Below are positions 53,938 to 64,000 of a stretch of DNA of 64,000 nucleotides, in pieces; positions within the stretch are counted from its first letter, which is position 1, and the number at the start of each line of letters is the position of its first letter. Both the position numbers and the translations under genes were made by a program. The stretch spans positions 136,152,001 through 136,216,000 of the forward strand of contig OX597815.1 of the NCBI GenBank assembly GCA_951406725.2, given 5' to 3'. Below the pieces are notes generated by a model. The model was not told where the DNA came from, searched no databases, and saw only the letters and a program-made list of their open reading frames with translations. This DNA comes from Octopus vulgaris (lineage: Eukaryota).

Positions 53938-54961
53938 GTGTCTGTATATGTGCGTGTACATATTGTGTGTAAACATGAACTCATATAATAACACCATGCT
54001 TCCATATTTTGACAGGATTTAATATATTCTGATTTGAGCAGTACATTTTCATATAAATTTTACAACTTTTCTCAGTTTTTGAACTTCATACAATATATGA
54101 ATTTCTTTAGTATTGTTCAAGTGAGATACGCAGAATATATGAGACATTTATTGTCTGTGTTTGTTTCTCGAGCGAACAAATGTATCATATTAATTTTAAA
54201 TCGAATACTCTCTTGGTGTTTACGGTTTAATTTCGCACTTTCAATAGTACGATATAGTATATTTATTATCATATACAGACTTCTTTATTTTATATTGTAA
54301 ATGGTAACGCTATGGCTTTATGTTTCTTTCATTTTATAAGCAGTAGTATATCAGATAATACTAATACATTGAAGTCGAGTCAAGCTATTGTTTCTCACAA
54401 TAAGCTCTTTCTGAGATGTTAAAGAATAAAATCAATATGAATATTATCTGGAAGAACCGCAATAGTTCCGATGTCGTTTAGTCTCAGATCCGCTCCGAAA
54501 TACAAACGTGTGATGGAAAGGGCTTTAATAAACAACGACTATTGTTTTACAGAATAGTGGTTGTCTATTAAAATGTACAGAAGCAGATTATACATCAAGT
54601 TTATTTTTGAGACAATAAAATGTTGTTTGAGGTAAATTTGTTTGGTATTTCCAAAACGCAACTGTTTCATATGCGCGCACACGTTGGCTTAACTGCTATC
54701 ATGATGGCAAAATGTTAGTTCTGTGTGGGCTGAGACTTTGTCAGGGTTTCTATATTTTTGTTTCTATATTTTAATTCCAGTTATCCTTCAGACCATTAAG
54801 TAGCCTCCTGCTTGAACATTTTATTAGTATAGGGAATTAATCGAATGGTAATTGCAACGAGGAACACTTAAATGTAAAATATTGACTAGAAATGGAATGA
54901 CAGGGCTCCATATGACTCACTTCATATTCTAATGAGAAATAATCGCCCTCGAAATTTGAGG

Positions 54962-55285
54962 TTCGCGAACGAAGATCAGGAAGGCTGTCCACGTCGCGTG
55001 CATGCACGCTCATGACTGACAAGTCCGATATGAGAAAGGCAGGTCTGTGAGCAGTGTCCACAGACGAAGGTAACATCCGGTGTGGTGTCAGAGGCGGCCC
55101 GCGCCTTCCTCCTGCATCTCTTGTCTTTAATAAGTGCATCTCTTCTTTGTTTCTCAAACTTGCTGACTGCGTTGAAGATCGTGTGGCGCCAAACATCACG
55201 GTCCGCAGCCAGGTCTGACCAGCATTGGTGGTTAATTTGACATGCTGTTAGAGACTTCTTGAGGCAGTCTTTGTAGCCTTCCAAA
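54962..55285 (-). mobile_element. RTE-clade LINE 3' end
   Basis: YKDCLKKSL..CQI....WSDLAADRDVWR...FVCGHCSQTCLSHIGLVSHERAC (C-terminal Zn finger), followed by a short 3' UTR. Confidence 0.9.
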
Positions 55286-56398
55286 GATTGCTCTATTTGG
55301 CGAACTCTCCACCGGCCACCGATACATACACATAAACACACACATATATATATACATGCACACACATAATCATATACACATACATTCATACACACACACG
55401 CGCGCACACAAACACACAAGTGCACATGCACACCAATGCTTACACATAGAAATAAAGACACGAGCGTAGTAACTGTGTGATGAGTCTCATTCAAAAGTTG
55501 TAAAACATAAGCCAGGTCACCCTGAAATTCAAATCCCCGTCATATAGATATATAATATTAAACGAGAGACAAAGATATACTGGACCAGATTGTGTGAATT
55601 TATATGCCTGTGTATGCAAAAGATATATCTTAAGTGTGCTTGTGAGTATGTGTATGTGCCTATGATGTTTGCAAGTGGTTTTGTTTTTTCTCTTGCGCTT
55701 GTGTTTATGTGAATAAGTGTGTGATTTAATATGTTTGCAATAGTATGTTTGTTGATGTGAGTATTTATATGTGTAAATGGGTTTGTGTATTTTGTACGCT
55801 TACCTAACAAGGTATTTGTATGGAAATATATGTGTGTTTTTATATGAGCCCGCAAATGCGTGTGTACCAAAAATGAATGCGCAATGAACACTTCTTTTGT
55901 TTAAGTGAGAAAATTAAAGCTTGCCTGGTGTCATATTAAATTTGTCGACACTTCAGAGAAAAAGGACATGAATGAGAAATACGAGATGAAAGAAAAACTT
56001 AGGAAGAGGGCAGGAGGACAGAAAAGTAAAGTATAGAGGCGGGAAGTGGAGGAATAGACAAGGCTACGTTAACAGAAGTGTCTGCATTTCTCTTAGGATA
56101 ATTGAACGAGTGTGATAGAATGATGTGAAGTAAGAAGGAAATAGATAGTGAGTGAGAGGTGAGGGGGAGAACGATGCAAGTATTAAGAATAAATTTGATT
56201 GATAAATAATAGTAGACAGACAGTAAGATAGAGAGAGGTGGGGAGGGGATGACAACGAAATATAGAGTACAAAATGAGAGGTACATGTATATACGCAATA
56301 GATAATTAGCAAGTGAGTGAAAATGTGACAAAATTGAAAAATTTAGACTGTGAGGATAGAAGTTGAATGGTAGTATTAAGGACACACGCACACACACA

Positions 56399-56431
<33 letters not shown>

Positions 56432-56648
56432 TAATCTGTAAATACAGAGATTTGAAGAGAGATTTACGTTAAAGGATGTTGAGAGACTGTGGTAAGTAGA
56501 AATATCAATATGCAACAGAAATGATATAGACTGATTGAAGAATAAATGTCTTAAAGGATACTGTGGAAAAACGAGAGTAAATTGTTATACAGGCAGAATT
56601 AAGGCACGAGGAAGAGTAACAATATAGCTGTTAGACTTCCTAAGAAAG

Positions 56649-56690
<42 letters not shown>

Positions 56691-57184
56691 GGGAGTGGTA
56701 TTGAAGAGAAATTGTGTGCAACAATGAAGATTAGAGCACGGTGGATAATATGAAAGTATTTATTTTGCAATAAGAGAGACCAAAAGAAAGGATTAAATCG
56801 TCGAATGTGATCAAACTGCAAATGGATTAAGTGAATAATTCGATTTGGGAACTTCCGACTAATCTAAATTACTGCATGGTAATATCCTTGATTTGGTCAA
56901 TAAGCAATGCAAGCAATTTCGATGGTGATCAATACGGAAATTACATGAATTTGTTGTCTTCTTGCCATCCTAATGTTTAATTGTCGCCCATACATGCATG
57001 CATTCATACATATATGCATTTACATATTTGTATATATATATATATATATATACGTACATATATATGCATATACATGTATATATTTTTATATATATGTACA
57101 TATATATATGTGTATACATATATATATGTATATATATATATGAGTGTGTGTCTGTGTCTGTGTGTGTTTATATGTATGTATGTC

Positions 57185-57990
57185 ATGATTCAATTCGCTT
57201 CAAGATTTTTTGCCAATTGAGAGACGACCGGTTTCTAACCTAGATTCAAGTTTTCTTCATTGGAATTTCAACAACAACAACAGGGTATTTTTGTTTGTTT
57301 GTATGTATGCATGTATGTATGTAGTGCAGATTTGTATTTTTTATATATGTATTCTCAGGTATATAGTTGCATAGTTAGACATGCTCATATATATTTAAAT
57401 GATAAATGGAAACTTTTACAGATTTTTACAGTTCCAGTGAGGGATTGAATCTATTGTCTTCCAATTAGCTTTCTCCTTTCTGCTTTTGAGAAGCCTAATT
57501 TCTCAAGATTGGTATTTAGGCAGTGTGTAACATATTTCAGGGCCCTAATAATTACAGGTATAAATATGAACTTGTCATCTGGATAGAGTAACTGCAGATT
57601 TCTCAATAGTTCGGCACGGTTGTTCTTTTTGTCACTTTCTTCAGCTTTATGTTAACATCCGCTGAGAAGCTAATTTTAACAAGCGTGCACAGTTTCTCTT
57701 CTCTATCCCAAACATCATATCAGGTTTGTTGTGCTTATATTTTATTGAGGTCTTCACTGGTACATTCCACGAGTATTCTTTTTATTATGAGTGGATATAG
57801 CTTCTACCATATTCTGGGTTCTTATTTCTTTATTCTCGGGACGGATTTCATTACAGAGTGACTTAGCTACAACGTCATGTTTCATCGGTAGATAATACCG
57901 CGATGACGACTGCTTATGTTGTAGGTCATATCTTCTGTGTGAACTCCACAAAGTCTGCATCGGTCATCACACTTTACAGCTTTTACCTGC
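57185..57990 (-). mobile_element. R4/Dong-like 3' fragment ending in (ACAT)n
   Basis: CKV..DADFVEFTQKI, SSRYYLPMKHDVVAK; 3' UTR homologous to 8545-8665. Confidence 0.7.
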
Positions 57991-60700
57991 ATCTCTATCT
58001 ATATATATATGTGTATGTACATATATGTATATATATGTATTAATATTTCTTTTAAGCATAGAGAGACTAGCAGTAAGCTCAATATACGTATCGTACATAA
58101 CACAATGTTAGATGAGTGTACACTGGTATCACTTGCCATTCCTCAAACCATGATCTAGTAAAAAGCGTTAATTTACTTTCAACAGTTGCTGAAGTTATTG
58201 AAATGTTTTTTTCTTCCTGTGGATAGTTCGAAATATTCAAGAAGTGCCCTAATCTCCATAGCATTCGTGTAACAGGATAATCAGCGATTGTGATACCGAG
58301 GTTGGATAGGAAATTCTAACAAAATGAAATGAAATTACAGAATAATGTAAATGTCTCTAAATTTAGTGTCTCATATAGATCAATATTGGATAATTTTGAT
58401 ACGTTTATCGCCCAAATGTAATGTGAAAGGAGGAAAATGTTACCAGAATACAAAACAGCAAACATCGTTTCATGAAGTTTGAAAGAAATCTTACTGAATT
58501 CTAGTAACCTAACTTGAACTATTCCTTGTTTACAATTCTACTCCTCTGGAGCAATGAAAGGTTTCTCCACACTTAATGTGTCTGGTATATGCTACACAGT
58601 AAGATTCAAGTTGCGCGGTATTGATTCATCAGTTCAAACGTTGCCATGAGAATAAATATATTTAATCAGAGGCTCTTCTAAATTTGGACAACCCACCTGT
58701 CAGAGTTTCGAATCTCATTTTACTCCAAATGCTAGTAATTATCAAATTCTTTTGCATTCAACCAAACAACTTTGCTGCAAGAATTTATACAGTTATTTCC
58801 ATTTTCAACTATTTGAAAATGGAAATAATTGATTCCAGCAATTTGTGATAAATATGGATCCTTCAAAAGTTTTGGAATACAATATGCATGCACTAAAAGT
58901 ATTAAAGACGCATAGGAAAACCTTAAACTTGCATGTCTCATATCGAGGCAGAAAAACATATACCTCGATATAATTAAGGAAGCCGGTAGTATAGAGAATG
59001 AAATCTATAATATTAATAGTTTCGTGCTCATGGTATAAAAAGTGGGATAAAAAGTAGTTAATGAAATCGATATTTAGAATATATCGGATGCTGATAACCA
59101 TCAGCTGTAAAGTCTATAAAGATGAAAAGACACACAGATATGAAATACTGAAACCTGTTTTTAAAAAATAAAATAAATATCTGAAAAAACGACTCATGCT
59201 TTCAAGCAACTTCAAGAAAAAGAGTCGACATATCAACAAATAACAAAAACTTAAGTTATCTGCAAAAGTTTAATTACCAAATAGAGCTAGTAGTAGCAAA
59301 TTTTTTTTTGTCATCATCTCATATTTTGCACAAACTAAGATGCCAATATGTTTAATTGATTACCGTCTCTATTTTAAGTTGTATATTTTAATAGTTGATA
59401 TGTAAGTTCATGCAAAGAATTTTTTTAATATACACTTGTGCAATGTAAATCAAGGGAATTTTATGCAAGTGTATGCTGCACTCCGTAACTAGAAGAACTT
59501 AAAAATGATGCCTCACTTCTCTCAGATGAAGCGGTCTATGATAGCAAAGGAAAAATATAATCTAAGACATGGTGTATACTTAAATAAATAAATACCTAAG
59601 TGAATAAATACATACATATACCCAAACAGATATGTATTCACATACTATCATCCAGATATTTGCAAAACAGCCAGAAATGATCTCACACAGACACAGACAC
59701 AGACACACAAACACACAAACACGCGCGCGCAAACACACACACACGCATACACACATACATACACACACAAACACACAAACATACGCACAATCACACGCGC
59801 GGGAACACATATACACGTATGCAGGTATATATCACGTAATCACATGACTGATCGAACAATCAGATGTTACACCTCACTGACTACAATGCGCTTTACATTG
59901 TTTCAACCTTTGAATGACGCCACCTCGTTTCCAATGACACATACACATGCAGACACACATACATGCATGCACGCACGCACACACACACACACACACATAT
60001 ATACACGTGCACATATAGGCACTAACATTCTCTCTCTCTCTCTATATATATAAGGATGTATGTGTATATATAGCAATATATATGTATGTGTTTGTATAAA
60101 TATGTGTGTGTGCTGTGAATGTGCGCTTATATATAATGATGCACTTACTCTATGCAAACATTGATATGTGTTCTGTTGGGAAAATTATTCAAGGAAGCTA
60201 CTTTCCAACAATTAAAGAAGCGCAACAATTAGGGATTCATTGATGCGGAAACATGAATTCGTGAATGTAAGTCTGTTTGTCAATGTATATACCTATATGC
60301 TTGGAAATAGATGCGTGGCGTTCGATCATATTATTTATGTTACTATGTTTATATATTATTTATGTTATTATATATATATAATTACTGTTATTTTTATTGT
60401 ATTTTTGTTTTTAGATTCGTGTAACGTCGTCTGTTTTTCTGTCTTTGTATTCGTATACATTCGATGCTTTTTCCCAAGGAATCTAATGCTCTTAGCTTAG
60501 TTTTTCCTTGGGGCTGGCCAGATTGTAGCAATTTCAAGATTAATCAGCGGAAATTGCGAGAATGATCCGATTCTTGACTGAAGATAAAAGTCTTCGAATG
60601 ACTCGTCCTTTTTTTTGTATCGTCTATCTGGATGTTTTGTTGTCCTTTTTGTATCACCTAGTTGTCCGCATGTTTTGCGTTCTTGTCCCATTTTCTATTT

Positions 60701-60748
<48 letters not shown>

Positions 60749-60829
60749 CAAAGTGGAGTTGTAGGGTACCGCACGAATGGAATTATATACGAAAGAAGGT
60801 TTGAAAATGCAATTTTAAAAGATGTTTAT

Positions 60830-60874
60830 TTACTTTACCAGTTTCACTCTTTGGAAAAAGATTGTCAAAAGTAA
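60830..60874 (-). ncRNA. Decayed minimal hammerhead motif in a (TA)n-bounded module (~60748-61110)
   Basis: Reverse complement TTACTT-TTGACAA-TCTTT-TTCC-AAAGA-GT-GAAAC-TG-GTA-AAGTAA; perfect stems I and II; core is two transitions from CTGACGA. Confidence 0.6.
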
Positions 60875-61212
60875 CATGTAGAAGTTTGGTTGCGTTAATC
60901 ATTGGTTATTACAAATTGCTACATTACATATATACAGTCTTTGGTAACATATTGGGCACAAAAGATTACTACTTAAATAATCATTCTCAAGAACATGCTT
61001 AAGGTAGTTTCCAGAAGGAATTATTAAAAAGTTCAGTGGGATATTGGTATTGGTATTGTATCTGTATATTCAAACACGCACAGAATATTGGTTGACACAG
61101 AGTACTATAATGCATATATATATATACATTCTTTGGTGACAAGAGCATGTTGAGAACATAAAAAAGTTTAACAAGTTCATTGAAATATTGGGCACAAATA
61201 TATATATATATA

Positions 61213-63678
61213 TTTTTTTTCCTCTAGTTTTAGCTCAGAGCTGCGGCCATGCTGATGCACCGCCGTTTTGTGCTACACTGTTACTGCGAAGAACCTCGTC
61301 TAATATGTGGCACTTGGTGAAGAATGGAGTTTGATATAGCAACTCTCATTTGCACCTCTTGCCGTGAGGTAGGTTCATTTGGGACTCTCGACAGGAAGAT
61401 GTCCAGCTTTGATTTAAAAACCGCTACATCTACTTTGTGCAAGTTCCTCAGACTCTTTGGGGGGATATTAAAAAGCTGTGGGCCCTTGAAACCCAGGCTG
61501 TTGCAAAGAGACGATCTTCTTTGTAAATCTTCTCTGGATTGCTTCAAGGTCCGCTGTTAATTTTACACTGGTGGGTGATCATACACTGTGAGCAGTAATC
61601 CAGGCGGCTGAGGACGAATGTCCGCCAGAGGACCATCATGGTTTCCTTATCTCTGGTTCTGAATGTTCTTAGGATCCATCCAGCCAGTCGTCTGCACTTT
61701 GTCGCCATCCTGGTATTGTGCACTTGGAAAGAGGTATCATCACTCATGTCGATACCCAGGTCCCCCACAGAAATAGGCTCTGAGATTAAAATTCCCTGTG
61801 GACCGGTGTATCCTGTAAGTTTAATATTCAGTTTTGGATGCTGGTAGCGCATGGCCTGGAATTATCATCAGCCTATCTGTAGATTGAGTCCAACTCCTGC
61901 TGGGGTTCTGTATTTTCTGTGAGACTTTCGTATCGTCTGCATAGCTGGCCAGAGTAGCTATCCGGGCATTTGAGGGCATATCTGAGAGGGCCACTATAAA
62001 AAGCAGTGGTCCCAAGACAGTGCCCTGTGGAACACCGCTCGCTATTTGTGTGTTCATAGAGGTGGCTCCATTAACCACTACTGCCTGACTCCTATCTTTC
62101 AGGAAGCCATGCAACCACACTCCAAGTTTTCCAGCTATGCCGAGGTCACGCAGTTTGTGGCATATCATACCATGATCCACCTTGTCAAAAGCTTTTGAAA
62201 AATCAAGGTAGATTACGTCCACATTTGATTTGTTGAGTAACTGCCTCAACACCCAGTCATAATGTTGTAAGAGCTGGGTCAGGCAGCTCCTACCTGGCCG
62301 AAAACCATGCTGGGTACCACTCAGCAAGTTATTTTCCTCAAGGAATGCGATTAGTTTCTTTCTGACTATCCGTTCCATGACTTTGCTGATGTGTAAAGTC
62401 AGAGAGATAGGCCTATAGTTTTTGGCATCTGCTCTACTTCCACCTTTATGTATTGGGCATATTATCGCCTCCTTCAGCTTGCTTGGCAGTTTGCAATTCG
62501 CAAGAAAGCTCTGGAAGAGAATCTTGAGGGGTTTTGCCAGGGCATGCTTACACGCTTTGAGGAGGGTGGCTGGGAAACCATCTGGACCAGCAGCTGAGTT
62601 TGTGTCCACTTCATGTATGGCTAGTAGGACATCTTTTTCGCTAATGTCAATACATTCTATTGTAACTGCCTCGCTGGTTATAAGTGAGGTGGCAAAGAAG
62701 TCCACTGGTTTGTTCACTTGTCGGAGTTCCAACGAGGTGGTAAAGACACTTTTGAACTGGTCATTCAGCATCTCACTGATCTTAGTTGGACTGTCTGTGA
62801 GGGAGCCATTCTTTTGGAGGAGGGGTCCTATCTTGTAGTGCACTGAGACTGTTTCTTTCGCGTAATGAAAGAAGGCCTTTGGGTTTGATTTAATATTTTT
62901 TATAACCCAGGCTTCTTTGTCTGCTTTCCCCTTCACATAGGATTGTTGCAGCCTTTTTTCGATCTCCATCAGTGTTATTTTTAGGCGGGACGTTTCGCTT
63001 CTTTTGGGATGTTGGTTGAGACGATTTGCAACCTTCGTCCGTCGTCTCATGAGGATCTTCCTGTCTCTTGGAATCTTGCTCCCATTTGTTTTGGCCTTGT
63101 GCTCTGGGACATATTTCTGGTATACGGCTTGCACAGAAACCATGAAACATTCTAGTTTCATGTGAATGTCCGGTATGGAGAGACATTCCGGCCAGTCCTC
63201 TCTGAGGATCTCTTTTTGGATCGATTTCCAATTTGCTTTGTGGAACTTCAGATTGGAGAGATTTCGGGTGCTTCCTTTAGGCTGTATGCCTCTGGTTACT
63301 TTTGGCCCAAACATAGACAGCTCTATTATGTTGTTATCCGAAACTGATGTCGGTGTCACTTTCACATCATGAATGATGTCCATATTGTTCGTGAAGCAGA
63401 GATACAGAATGTTATTCGCCCTAGTTGGCTCGTGTACAACTTGCTCCATGAATAATGCATTGGTGAGGTTGAGCAGGGACTCCACCTGTACTTGCTTGCA
63501 ATGATTCATTCCTGAGAGTATGTGACCTTCGGGCCATTTAAAGTTGGGGAAGTTGAAATCACCCATAAGAAATATGGTCACGTGGTGTTCCAGATTCATG
63601 AGGATTTCTTTAATTCTTGTGAGGCAATCTTCAAACTTGCCTGTGTGATTTGGGGCATCCGGTGTGATTTGGGGCATA
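61213..63678 (-). mobile_element. 5'-truncated CR1/L2-group LINE inserted in TA repeats
   Basis: EN+RT ORF plus frameshifted C-terminal pieces (61544-61852, 61281-61547), 3' UTR hairpins and a short A tail. Confidence 0.95.
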
Positions 63679-63701
63679 TATAAATATAGGGATGGTATCA
63701 T
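61821..63701 (-). pseudogene. LINE ORF2 fragment: APE endonuclease C-terminal part + reverse transcriptase
   Basis: MGDFN, PTRANNIL, AGPDG, NYRPISL, QHGFRPGRSC, YLDFSKAFDKVDH, SGVPQGTVLGPLLF, YADDTK; deletion/frameshift right after YADD. Confidence 0.95.
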
Positions 63702-63953
63702 TAAAATACTATCACAAGTGATAAGCGAATTATTAGCCTTACAGGCAAATTAATAGAATATATACATAAAATATTAGATATGTACATACAATATAAGATA
63801 TTATATATATATATAGCGAGAGAGACGAAAGCAGCAACTATACTTATCACCACACAAACATGGCTGTCCCGTAGGAACTGACCGTATTACTATTTTTAAC
63901 CCCAGGAGAACACATGCTCTACCTTGTTATTCGATGCAGTATGCACCTCATAT

Positions 63954-64000
63954 ATCTCTCTATATATAAACGGCAGTTTGTCTGTGCGTGTTTCTGTGTG
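63954..64000 (+). mobile_element. Possible Helitron-N-like 5' end (runs off the window)
   Basis: TCTCTCTATATATAAACGGCAGTTTGTCTGTG, similar in pattern to 53169. Confidence 0.35.

Noticed and set aside
60570-60610. CTGAAGA...GAATGACTCGTC as a hammerhead
   Set aside because: GAAA is broken and no stem I could be formed
62422-63372. Antisense and alternate-frame ORFs over the LINE
   Set aside because: Shadow ORFs of the RT coding sequence

Overview
AT-rich, microsatellite-saturated eukaryotic DNA. It is most likely from an octopus or another coleoid cephalopod; this is inferred from the tRNA-derived SINE families and overall repeat content. I could not confidently identify any host protein-coding gene, so the window looks intronic or intergenic. 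Most ORFs in the track are microsatellite artefacts. Recognisable content: a 5'-truncated CR1/L2-group LINE (EN+RT), an RTE 3' end, several R4/Dong-like RLE retroelement remnants, four Tc1/mariner relics, MITE- and Helitron-like pieces, many SINEs, and a Penelope-like element (PLE) fragment with a GIY-YIG endonuclease. The most interesting signal is a set of short modules nested in (TA)n tracts that carry type-I hammerhead-ribozyme (HHR) motifs, including one family with a shared non-canonical core. Also notable: a SINE and LINE with a shared structured 3' tail, R4-like lineages that appear to use different microsatellites, an unclassified ~555-bp (TAA)n-embedded element, and long inverted duplications. 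Coordinates of degenerate elements are approximate and all alignments were done by eye.
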